Of a stretch of 64,000 nt of DNA, positions 9,679 through 18,053 are shown piece after piece. A model generated the notes under the pieces. It ran no database searches. It was not told the origin of the DNA and worked only from the letters and a program-made list of their open reading frames with translations. The position numbers and the translations under genes are program-made. The stretch's first letter is position 1. Each line of letters opens with the position of its first letter. The stretch comes from a bacterium (GTDB lineage Bacteria; Patescibacteriota; Minisyncoccia; UBA6257; GWB1-50-10), in contig JAKAIX010000002.1 of the NCBI GenBank assembly GCA_021814165.1, positions 69,371 through 133,370 of the forward strand, read 5' to 3'.

Positions 9679-11429
9679 TAACATGATTCGCAGTATACAA
9701 TCTCATGTCGCTCGGGCGCGTAGCTTGTCTCGAACTCGTTGGGACATTTCTCCGTCCCGTGAGTATGTTTCCCGGTATTTTGATAAACGCCGTTTTCCGA
9801 TTTCGATCCCACACATTGGCACTTTCTATGCCATAACTTAAGTGGATTCTTCCGAAAAAACCGCGCCTGATGTCTGCAGTTGGGACACAGACGCGGAAGG
9901 GGCAGATTCATCCTGCGGTGAAACGTGAGTTCCTCCGGAATGATTTTGAACGCCGTAGTACACTGATGCGCGCACTTCCCTTCGTGCGCGCATCCGACTA
10001 CCTCCTCCAAAATAGAATCCGGAACATCTTTAATGGTCTGCTGCAAATTTTTGCTCTCTTGCGTCACCTTATAGTTCCGCTCCTCCGGCTCCTTCCATAA
10101 AAATCCCTTTCCTGCCGCTTCCTGCTTTGAAAGAGGGAAGTAGTCCTGAGCGACCGTTTCGTTATATGCAAAGGGGCAGAGATCGGAGGAAAAAAATTCA
10201 CCGTATCCGAATCGCCGTCCTCCGGTATCCTGAAACGGTTTTTCTTTCATCTGCAGAACGACTTTTTCTCTTAATTCTTCATATTCCTCTTTCGAATATT
10301 GTTTGTTTAAAATGCAGTATTGCGCTTTCCGCAAACTTACGCACCCGAACAAATTATTCGAGTTCTCGCAGGTATCGCAGTATTCCGCATCAAAATCGTT
10401 CCATACGCAGTATCCGAACTTCACATTACTCGTCGTGATCGCGCTCACAATCTCATACGAAAACTGGCCATCATCAACCGCAACATACCCGTCATAACAG
10501 TTCCTGCTTTTGTTTCCGTGATTCATGAACTTCGAGTCCTCAAGCAATTCGGAATCGTATGCATGAAAGGCGTTTTTCGAGTTGAACACGTAGTCACCCG
10601 AAACGTTGGTGTTTTGAATCCCGTGGATGTGTTTTGATGGGAATCTTTTCCAGAACTCGAACGCGAGAACTCGCGTCGAGTCGATACCGTCCTGGGAGTC
10701 CAGTCTCATGGACTCCATTTCTTTCAAATAGTCCTCTTTCGAGTACTGCTTATTGAAAATCTGATAGCGCGCGTTCCGCAGGTTGGCACATCCGATACAG
10801 TCCTGGCAGTTCGCACAGTTCTTACAAAAGAAGAGGTCTTGGGAATCATTGCAATCCTCCGAAAAGCAGATCTTGTAGCACTTCCGGCACGTGACCGAAT
10901 CGTAAGAAAGTTCGCACTCGTGGCAATTCAGGAGATCCGCACTGTTGCGGCAATCGAAGGTTGAATACGAGTACATCAGATCCTCATTGTGGTCGCTTAC
11001 AAAGATAAGGTAACAATTTTTGTTGAACGCAGCGCCGTTCGCATAATCGCTCTTCACATTCTGAAATGCGAACGCATAAAGACGCGGAACTTTAAATTGC
11101 AGTTTCCTGAACTGTTCGAGAAAGGGCCTCGAGAAATCGACATCAACACCGAAAGAAAGCGGATCCCACTTATCCGAGTGGTAACACTCCCGGCAGTACA
11201 CTGTGTAGGGCTTGTCGGGAGAGTATATGGAAATTATGGTGTTGCCGCAGAGATCGCATTTTCTCCGGTACAAACTGCGTTCACAGCGCCAGATGAGGCG
11301 CCGCTGCAATCTGCATTCCGAACACCACGTGGGAGGAGGAACCTGTAGTTTCTCATAAAATGAAAAATCATCCGGTTCGATCGTGAACGATTGCTTGCAA
11401 TTCTGACAGATTTTGGATTCCGTATTCAT
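9660..11429 (-). CDS. Cys-rich Zn-ribbon/repeat protein of unknown function (CPR-type), paralog A
   Basis: CQNC..F.IE.DD..FY..VPPPTWC N-terminus, many CxxC/CxNC repeats, YGEFF, LPRLCPNCRH and YCESCYQAEVV. Start moved to ATG 11429. Confidence 0.85.
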   Translation of the reverse strand: MNTESKICQNCKQSFTIEPDDFSFYEKLQVPPPTWCSECRLQRRLIWRCERSLYRRKCDLCGNTIISIYSPDKPYTVYCRECYHSDKWDPLSFGVDVDFSRPFLEQFRKLQFKVPRLYAFAFQNVKSDYANGAAFNKNCYLIFVSDHNEDLMYSYSTFDCRNSADLLNCHECELSYDSVTCRKCYKICFSEDCNDSQDLFFCKNCANCQDCIGCANLRNARYQIFNKQYSKEDYLKEMESMRLDSQDGIDSTRVLAFEFWKRFPSKHIHGIQNTNVSGDYVFNSKNAFHAYDSELLEDSKFMNHGNKSRNCYDGYVAVDDGQFSYEIVSAITTSNVKFGYCVWNDFDAEYCDTCENSNNLFGCVSLRKAQYCILNKQYSKEEYEELREKVVLQMKEKPFQDTGGRRFGYGEFFSSDLCPFAYNETVAQDYFPLSKQEAAGKGFLWKEPEERNYKVTQESKNLQQTIKDVPDSILEEVVGCAHEGKCAHQCTTAFKIIPEELTFHRRMNLPLPRLCPNCRHQARFFRKNPLKLWHRKCQCVGSKSENGVYQNTGKHTHGTEKCPNEFETSYAPERHEIVYCESCYQAEVV

Positions 11430-11456
11430 AATTCCCGTTACACGACTTCTGCTTGA
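11429..11456. repeat. 28-bp direct repeat, copy 2
   Basis: Identical to 9651-9678. Confidence 0.9.
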
Positions 11457-11500
11457 CCCTCCTTCGCTTTTCGAGCTACGAAGGGCAAGTAGCACCGCTC
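11438..11500 (-). pseudogene. Relic 3' end of a lost Cys-rich paralog (ERCY/QAEVV*) split by a 33-bp palindromic insert
   Basis: Minus strand reads GAG CGG TGC TA[33 bp]T CAA GCA GAA GTC GTG TAA. Confidence 0.7.
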
Positions 11501-13286
11501 ATACAACCTCCGCCTGATAACATCCCTCACAGTAGATGACCTCGGGTCGCTCCGGAGCGTACGGAGTTTCAAATTCGCTGGGACAGTGGGTGTTTCCATG
11601 AACGTGCTTACCGGTATTTTTGAAAATTTCCTTCTCGGAAGCGGCGCCCGCGCACATGCATTTCCGGTGCCAGAGCTTCAACGGATTGCGCTTCGAAAAC
11701 CGCTCATGGTGGCGGCAATTGGGGCAGAGGCGCGGAAGCGGTACTCCCAGCTGCTTGTACAAACTAAGCTCCTTGGGAATTATCTTGAAGGCGGTCGTGC
11801 ACTGCTCCACGCACTTCCCTTCGTGCGCGCATCCTACAACTTCGTTCAGGATAGAATCATTTACATCCTCGATACGATCCGGAAGATCATTGGCGCGTAC
11901 CGTGACGGTGTAATTTTTATTTTCCATTTCCCGCCATACGAGTCCGCGCGCTTCCATTTCCTCTTTAGTGAGCGGGTAATAATCTTGTGCAATTGTTTCG
12001 TTATAGGCGAAGGGTGAAAACTCCGGCGGGAAAAACTCGCCGTAGGCATACATCCTCCCCTTCTTATCCGTGTACGGCATCGCATTCATGTGGGCAACGA
12101 GCTTCGGCAACAGTAATTCATACTCCTCTTTTGTATACTGCCTGTTCAGGATGCAATACTGCTTGCTGTGCAATCCCACACACCCGAAGCAGTCCTGGCA
12201 TCCGGTGCAGCCAACCGAGTAGTAAATTCGCGCACTCCCCTTTATGAAGAAGCTGAAGTAATAGTCCTGGTTTTCATTCGATTCGAATCCTATCGCTATC
12301 GTCTCATACACTCTCTCGGCGCTCGGCATGCCGTAGTTGTCATACCCGTCCTTCACGCCGATCACCGCATACACCGTGTATTTCGAGTCCTCGGATCCGG
12401 TCCCCGACAGATCGAAACAGTTCTTGCAGTTCCTGGCGTTTCTCACGTTGTCACCAGTGGAGTTTTCCGTGTTGACCATAAACGCGTAGCGATGGAGTGA
12501 TTTTCGGTATAATTCGTCGAATTTCCGCTTGGCCTCCTGCAACGCCCCGTGGTTCCCGAGATTCAGCTCTTTCACCCGCTTTTCATATTCTTCTTTGGTT
12601 AGCTGCTCGTTAAAGAAACAATTACTCTTGCCTCGGAGATTCGCGCACCCGAAACAGTTCGTACAGTTCTTGCACTCATAAAGGAACCAGGAGTCGGAAC
12701 AGTTATCCGAGTATTTACTGAAAAGGAGTCGGTTAGAGTTCTCGCATTGGATATCCTCGTAGCAAAGTTCCATCTTCGAACAGTTAAAAAGATCGAGAGA
12801 ATCTCTCGTAGATGAGGTGGTCTCGGAATAGAGAAGGTCTTCGTTCTGCCTGCCGCCGAAAATGAGATAGGAATTTTTATTCGAGGCGGTGAAGTTGCAG
12901 TAATCGGAGTTCACCGATTGTGTATTAAAAAGATTGATCACGGGTACCGCTTTAAAGAGGTTTTTGAATTGGGATAAAAAACTTTCGCTGAAATCCAACT
13001 TCATGCCGTAAGACATCGGATCCCACGCATCGCCCCACCAGCATTCCTGGCAAAATACCGTCATCGGGCTCGTGTCGGATAGAAAGGAGATAATCGATTT
13101 CCCGCACTTGTCGCACTTTCTCCTGTAGAGCGATCTCTGGTTCCGGAACGCCAGGCGCCGTTGGAGCCGGCATGCCGGGCACCACGTGGGGGGAGGCACT
13201 TTCATCTTCTCGTAGAAGGCGAAGTCATCCGGCTCGATCGTGAACGATTGCTTGCAGTTTTGGCATTGTCGTGTTTCCTTCTCCAT
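11499..13286 (-). CDS. Cys-rich Zn-ribbon/repeat protein, paralog B
   Basis: Same architecture as paralog A; ends YCEGCYQAEVV. Confidence 0.85.
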   Translation of the reverse strand: MEKETRQCQNCKQSFTIEPDDFAFYEKMKVPPPTWCPACRLQRRLAFRNQRSLYRRKCDKCGKSIISFLSDTSPMTVFCQECWWGDAWDPMSYGMKLDFSESFLSQFKNLFKAVPVINLFNTQSVNSDYCNFTASNKNSYLIFGGRQNEDLLYSETTSSTRDSLDLFNCSKMELCYEDIQCENSNRLLFSKYSDNCSDSWFLYECKNCTNCFGCANLRGKSNCFFNEQLTKEEYEKRVKELNLGNHGALQEAKRKFDELYRKSLHRYAFMVNTENSTGDNVRNARNCKNCFDLSGTGSEDSKYTVYAVIGVKDGYDNYGMPSAERVYETIAIGFESNENQDYYFSFFIKGSARIYYSVGCTGCQDCFGCVGLHSKQYCILNRQYTKEEYELLLPKLVAHMNAMPYTDKKGRMYAYGEFFPPEFSPFAYNETIAQDYYPLTKEEMEARGLVWREMENKNYTVTVRANDLPDRIEDVNDSILNEVVGCAHEGKCVEQCTTAFKIIPKELSLYKQLGVPLPRLCPNCRHHERFSKRNPLKLWHRKCMCAGAASEKEIFKNTGKHVHGNTHCPSEFETPYAPERPEVIYCEGCYQAEVV

Positions 13287-13395
13287 AATTCTTAGTTCAT
13301 AACTCTTTATTCCCGTCTCTACTACTCTACCGCGCGGGGCAGAAAATCTCCAGCACGAAGTTGATCTTCAAATACGTTTCCCTCCAATGTAAATA

Positions 13396-13431
13396 AAAAG
13401 TGGCGCAGAAGGGTTGTTTGCGCCACTTTTC
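13396..13431. terminator. Intrinsic terminator
   Basis: AAAAGTGGCGCA...TGCGCCACTTTT downstream of the 13471-13860 gene. Confidence 0.7.
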
Positions 13432-13470
13432 AAAAGATGGGTTTTTAAAAATGAGGTTGAGAAGGTTGAG

Positions 13471-13860
13471 TTAGCTATTATTATACACAACTTCGGTTTT
13501 TGCGTCCGCTGTAACAGTAACCTTGCCGTTGGAAGTAATGAGCGCATTTATCAGGTTTACGTGGCCCGTTTTTCTTGTTTTCAGTCCTGTTACAGCAACC
13601 TCTGAAGGGAGTGCGGCATTGTCACCTACCTGTTCAACGGTGCGGATTGCAAGATTGGTAACACCACAAAAGAAAATTTGTTTCACCTTCTGTGCGGTTA
13701 CTCCTTCAACCTGTTCACTAAGATTGATGGTATCGCCGATTCTTGCGTTTTCGATGTCGGCACGCACTGTTTGGTTGTGAGTCATTCCCGCTTCTTCCAT
13801 GTAATTGGTAAGAACTTCCGGTTGGGAACTCGAAAGCACAACTACCGTTCTCTTTCTCAT
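13471..13860 (-). CDS. Hypothetical protein (129 aa)
   Basis: Strong AAGGAGG Shine-Dalgarno and its own terminator; visibly lower GC than the flanks. Confidence 0.65.
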   Translation of the reverse strand: MRKRTVVVLSSSQPEVLTNYMEEAGMTHNQTVRADIENARIGDTINLSEQVEGVTAQKVKQIFFCGVTNLAIRTVEQVGDNAALPSEVAVTGLKTRKTGHVNLINALITSNGKVTVTADAKTEVVYNNS

Positions 13861-14159
13861 AAAAATACCCTCCTTAGGATATTTAGTTATGAATTAAATT
13901 ATTTAGGTACAGCCGTGATATCAAGGCTGATGTTAGAGTACACCACACCAGACCCGCACATCAAGTGTTTCTCTTTCACGCTCACGCCCCGCCCCGGAAG
14001 TTAGTAGCACGAGCATATCCACAGTTACCTATTTCAATCTCCTCCATCTGTGATACCTTTAAAAGAACCAAAAACGAGCCACGAAGATAGGAGGCGCGCT
14101 CGTCCAGGTAGTACAGTAGTACGGAACGCTTTTTTAAAACTTTAAATATAGAGGTTATC

Positions 14160-14684
14160 ATGAAAGCGAAAAATGTCTTTGGTATATTTCTGTGTTTGGT
14201 GTTCGTTGGTCTCTTAGCAATTTCGCAGGTAGATCAAGCGGGTAATACCAAAACACAAGCACAGGTAGTTGATTTTCAATCGGCGTTTCAAACCCATCCA
14301 CCTGGAACTGCAACCCTTAAGGTATACCAGGTGAAAGAGAATATAACCGCAGGACAGGTGCTACAACGAGTACATATGGAACAGTTGGATGTCGGCCAAA
14401 TTGCAAACCAGAAGCTGATGGCAAACACTACTCGGAATTTAACAATGGTACAAGGTACAAATGACGTTACAGGTGCTGCTCAATACATTGTTCTCCAAAA
14501 GGTAAAAACCCAAGCTATACAAGATGATTTCGGTAACGGTTATAACCAATTGGCGAACTCGGCTTACTCAGAACAAAATACTACAAACTTTAACTCTGCA
14601 ATCTTTGCAAATAACAGTGCTGCTGTGAGTAATGATGCTCCAACCTCAAAATTTCTAAGAGCAAGCTACGTTCTTAGAATCTAA
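14160..14684 (+). CDS. Hypothetical exported/membrane-anchored Q/N/T/A-rich protein
   Basis: GAGGT Shine-Dalgarno, N-terminal hydrophobic segment, low-complexity body. Confidence 0.65.
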   Translation: MKAKNVFGIFLCLVFVGLLAISQVDQAGNTKTQAQVVDFQSAFQTHPPGTATLKVYQVKENITAGQVLQRVHMEQLDVGQIANQKLMANTTRNLTMVQGTNDVTGAAQYIVLQKVKTQAIQDDFGNGYNQLANSAYSEQNTTNFNSAIFANNSAAVSNDAPTSKFLRASYVLRI

Positions 14685-14767
14685 TTTCCAGTTCTTAGGG
14701 AAGGCAAAATGTCTTCCCTAAAACTTTTTAAGGCCTCTACGAATTTAACTCCGGCACCAGAAAACCA

Positions 14768-14796
14768 CAGAACCCACCATTAAGGTGGGTTCTGTA
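14768..14796. terminator. Terminator hairpin downstream of tmRNA
   Basis: ACAGAACCCACC-ATTAA-GGTGGGTTCTGT. Confidence 0.75.
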
Positions 14797-14798
14797 GT

Positions 14799-15139
14799 TT
14801 GTGGAGATGGCCGGAGTTGAACCGGCATCCAGTAGCTTCCTTACAAACCTTCTACAAGCTTAGTCCGTTAAGACGATGTTTGATTCTTTGTTTAACGAGC
14901 GTATCCGAATCGCTATACACTCACGAGTCCCATGTATAACACCAGTGATCCTCTATGGAACCTGAAGGACTGATGCCCCTCCTTCGCATAAAGCTACGGG
15001 AGGGGATCCCACACTACGCGTAAGCGAGCGCGGGAACTGCGTTTCTATTGGCAGTTAAAATTGAGTGAAGAGTTTCACGAGATTTTCAGCTCGACCTGCG
15101 GTTTGCAAGGGAATGATACTGTCGAAGCCTAGCATCCCC
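14799..15139 (-). ncRNA. ssrA: tmRNA, tag peptide ANRNAVPALAYA*
   Basis: 5' GGGGATG..TTCGAC and 3' GCCGGTTCAACTCCGGCCATCTCCA ends, TAACT-GCC resume site, tag ending ALAYA-TAG; adjacent to smpB. Confidence 0.93.
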
Positions 15140-15186
15140 AACGGAAATTATCAATTTCCAATTTTCAAATAACGAACGAGGAGATA

Positions 15187-15636
15187 CTAATATGAACGTT
15201 TCTCGGCTCGTTTTATTTCACGCTCCGTCTCACGTTTCTTGATGGTTTCCCGTTTGTCATATTGTTTCTTGCCTCTTGCGAGCCCGAGCTCTATCTTCAC
15301 CCGAGCGCCTTTATTATACAATCTAACAGGCACCAGCGTCAACCCGCTCTTCGTTTTTCCTATAAGATAGGAGATTTCCTTTTTATTAAGAAGAAGTTTC
15401 TTCGTGCGCATCGAGTCGTAGTTTGCGGGCGCGTTTTTCGGTTGGAATGACGGCACGTCCATCCCCACGAGGAATAACTCCCCGCCGCGGACGATCGCGT
15501 GCGCTCCCGCAAGGTTTACGTGCCCCGTTTTGATGGATTTTGCCTCGTGTCCGGATAATACGATGCCGGCCTCGAATTTTTCGAGGATCTCATAGTCGAA
15601 TCTCGCTTTTTTGTTTTCCTTTACACCTTTCCGCAT
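15187..15636 (-). CDS. smpB: SsrA-binding protein SmpB
   Basis: NKKARFDYEILEKFEAGIVLSGHEAKS, KLLLNKKEI and GKKQYDKRE. Confidence 0.97.
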   Translation of the reverse strand: MRKGVKENKKARFDYEILEKFEAGIVLSGHEAKSIKTGHVNLAGAHAIVRGGELFLVGMDVPSFQPKNAPANYDSMRTKKLLLNKKEISYLIGKTKSGLTLVPVRLYNKGARVKIELGLARGKKQYDKRETIKKRETEREIKRAEKRSY

Positions 15637-15824
15637 AACACTCTCACATTATCACACATAAAGTGAGGTGAAAAATAGGGGGTGAAAAAAGAGAAACTCA
15701 AATAAAGACAGGGAAAATTTCTAATCTATGGTTTTAAAGAGGCAGCGAAGCGACGACGTGAAATTCTGGCCATCTTTATAGAAAACCAAGGGGGTTTCTG
15801 CTTTTTGGTTAGTATTGGATTGCT

Positions 15825-15853
15825 TTGACTTTCGATTTATTTTCGACTATAAT
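15825..15853 (+). promoter_or_regulatory. Sigma70 promoter with a candidate LexA operator in the spacer
   Basis: TTGACT-17bp-TATAAT. TTTCGATTTATTTTCGA at 15830-15846 is also found at lexA. Confidence 0.7.
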
Positions 15854-15922
15854 GAAAACACAACATGAAGGCAAAAACTCGGATGTGGATAACTAACAAA
15901 GGCCGGAAGACAAAGTAAAAAT

Positions 15923-16114
15923 ATGCCATTAGGAGAACATCAGAGGACAAAAGAGGGTACGTTCAGAAGAGAGCGGAGCGATTCCAAGGTGGGTAATCTT
16001 AAGGAGGATTATCCCGTACTAGACCAATTCAATGGAAATACTCATCTGGGAACGCTTTTAGAAAAGTACGACGTTGATTCCTTAAGTCAATTACTCAAAA
16101 AGTTACGTAAGTGA
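15923..16114 (+). CDS. Small hypothetical protein (63 aa)
   Basis: ORF downstream of a strong promoter; overlaps the next ORF (GTGA). Confidence 0.65.
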   Translation: MPLGEHQRTKEGTFRRERSDSKVGNLKEDYPVLDQFNGNTHLGTLLEKYDVDSLSQLLKKLRK

Positions 16115-16587
16115 GTATGTCACCGATCTTAACCTCAGCGGTTATAGCCGGGCTTGTGAGTGCGATGATAAGTGGCGCGGTTCAGATTTATGCCTGGTTT
16201 CTTAATCACAACCAAGAGCGCTATCAGCAACTCTATGGGCCATTAAGGTTGAATCTCTTAATGATGCAAGTTATCACTGAAAATAGTGAGGAAGTTGCTA
16301 AAGAGATTCGAGAGACTATCGGAAATATTGAAATGAGAATTGAATCGCTTTCAACTCACATATCCCCACTCACAAGAGAATGGCTAGCTCATCGGGACAC
16401 TATCAAGTTACTATTTGAGAAACATATCGGATTAGTCAGGCGTCGGGATCTCGCGTTAGTTAAGGAATTTATGGATGCACATCTCAAGCGCAAAATAATA
16501 CAGGAGGGTCAGAACTCACTTGCAACAGAAGAACGCATAACAAAAATTATAGACATTATAAAGGAACTTCAAAATAAACTTCTATGA
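16111..16587 (+). CDS. Hypothetical protein with an N-terminal TM helix and helical body
   Basis: ORF coupled to the previous gene; AT-rich. Confidence 0.65.
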   Translation: MSMSPILTSAVIAGLVSAMISGAVQIYAWFLNHNQERYQQLYGPLRLNLLMMQVITENSEEVAKEIRETIGNIEMRIESLSTHISPLTREWLAHRDTIKLLFEKHIGLVRRRDLALVKEFMDAHLKRKIIQEGQNSLATEERITKIIDIIKELQNKLL

Positions 16588-16654
16588 CACCTATAATTTC
16601 CTGAACCGCCATGAAAAAATTCCATCGTCGGAAGAGTTTGATGTAGTATAGAAC

Positions 16655-16691
16655 AAAAAAACCGCCAACTGCATCGGCGGTTTTTTGTTTT
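16655..16691. terminator. Bidirectional terminator
   Basis: AAAAAAACCGCC...GGCGGTTTTTTG between convergent genes. Confidence 0.75.
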
Positions 16692-16692
16692 T

Positions 16693-17307
16693 CTAGTCAG
16701 CCTTACGTTTAATCACCCCGAGCACTACTCCCTGAATCGCGAATCCGGTGTTGCCGCTTCGCACGATGATCGGTTCCATTTTTTTGTTCGCGGGCTGTAA
16801 TCTTACCTGTCCCCTTTCTTTGAAGAAGGTTTTGAGTGTCGCCTCGTGATTGTCGATGAGTGCAACGACTTTCTCTCCGTTGTCCGCGGTCGACTGATGA
16901 CGCACCAGAACGATGTCGCCATCGTTGATGTTCTCGTCGATCATGCTGTTGCCGACGACCTTCAACGCGTAAATGTTTCCCAGAGAACGCGGAAGCCGGC
17001 TTCTCGGAATCGCGATAATTTCTTTCGTTTCCATCGCCTCTATCGGCATACCGGCCGCGATCGTGCCGAGTAAAGGAATTTGAATCATCTGTTCCGATTG
17101 GAAAACATCGATGCCGCGCGGCTGGTTTTCTTCCCTGCTCAGATATCCCAGACCTTCCAACGCTTTTACGTGGTGATGGGCCGTCGAAACGGAAGACAAA
17201 CCGAGATGTTTTTTTATCTCCTCGAGAGACGGAGCATACCCCTTCTTCTTCTTATAGCCCCCTATGAAATCCAGGGCTTCTTTCTGTTTTTTGGTGATTG
17301 GCGACAT
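16693..17307 (-). CDS. lexA: SOS repressor LexA
   Basis: N-terminal wHTH (YAPSLEEI..LSSVST), Ala-Gly cleavage site (IAAG), catalytic VVGNSM and ATLK. Confidence 0.95.
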   Translation of the reverse strand: MSPITKKQKEALDFIGGYKKKKGYAPSLEEIKKHLGLSSVSTAHHHVKALEGLGYLSREENQPRGIDVFQSEQMIQIPLLGTIAAGMPIEAMETKEIIAIPRSRLPRSLGNIYALKVVGNSMIDENINDGDIVLVRHQSTADNGEKVVALIDNHEATLKTFFKERGQVRLQPANKKMEPIIVRSGNTGFAIQGVVLGVIKRKAD

Positions 17308-17315
17308 GGTTATGT

Positions 17316-17359
17316 TTTCGATTTATTTTCGATTCTACTACAAGCACGCGGTAAGTCAA
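17316..17359 (-). promoter_or_regulatory. lexA promoter with an overlapping candidate operator
   Basis: TTGACT-16bp-TAGAAT on the minus strand; TCGAAAATAAATCGAAA at 17316-17332. Confidence 0.7.
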
Positions 17360-17409
17360 AGGGTGCGGTTATCCACACCCCCACAGTAAAATCCCAAATA
17401 ACTTCATAG

Positions 17410-17490
17410 CCCCGCACGCATCCCTCCGAACGAGGGTAAGACCGGCCAAGCGGCCTTGGAGCGCCCGAGTGAGGGGGAATGTGTGCGGGG
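17410..17490 (+). repeat. Structured mini-element (CGAACGAGGGTAAG...GAGCGCCCGAGT core), copy 1
   Basis: Core shared with 58738-58837 and closed by a terminal stem. Confidence 0.75.
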
Positions 17491-17503
17491 ATTAAGTTAA
17501 AAC

Positions 17504-18046
17504 TCAAAACCTCATTTGATACCAATCCAGGCCATAGACGGTTTGGATGAGAAGCCGCTCCCCCTTCGCCCACGTGCGGTTTCCTTTGAGACCGAGGAGC
17601 TTGATCGCCTCCTGCACGTGTTCCTCGCTTGATCCTTCAATTTCGAGATACGGCGGCATTCCCGGATAGTAGTCGATCTCAAACTGCCAGTCTTTGAGTA
17701 TGAAGGAAACCCGCTTCTTCTCCTGATACGCATAGCGCTCCAGTCCGATCGCTTCAAAAAACGCGCCCATCTTCTCCGGATCCGAGACAATAAGGTTGAT
17801 CTCCTTATGCGTCCGCGAGGCGCCGAGAATGTCGGACCTTCCTTTCCACGTAACCTCGTGATTGCCTTCCGAATCGGATCGAATCCTAAGATACCACGGA
17901 TCTTCCCCTTCCTTCGTGCCTTGTATGCGGTACCAACGCACGCTCAAAGTGGTGTCTCTCGTCTTTTTCGCGCCGAGTGATCCGAGTTTCTTTTTTACCG
18001 CTTCCGCGTCGATGTCCAAAATCGTCGATTCGGTCTCGTGTGCCAT
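17504..18046 (-). CDS. CYTH-domain (class IV adenylate cyclase/triphosphatase-like) protein
   Basis: N-terminal ExExT, YLRIR, VTWKG, EKKRVSF and YLEIEG. Confidence 0.85.
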   Translation of the reverse strand: MAHETESTILDIDAEAVKKKLGSLGAKKTRDTTLSVRWYRIQGTKEGEDPWYLRIRSDSEGNHEVTWKGRSDILGASRTHKEINLIVSDPEKMGAFFEAIGLERYAYQEKKRVSFILKDWQFEIDYYPGMPPYLEIEGSSEEHVQEAIKLLGLKGNRTWAKGERLLIQTVYGLDWYQMRF

Positions 18047-18053
18047 ACGGGAA

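Noticed and set aside
11430-11495. N-terminal extension of paralog A shown in the ORF track
   Set aside because: It reads through the gene relic and the inserted palindrome; paralogs B and C start at the position equivalent to ATG 11429.
13330-14800. Intact tmRNA-integrated prophage or island
   Set aside because: I found no integrase and no direct repeat of the ssrA 3' end.
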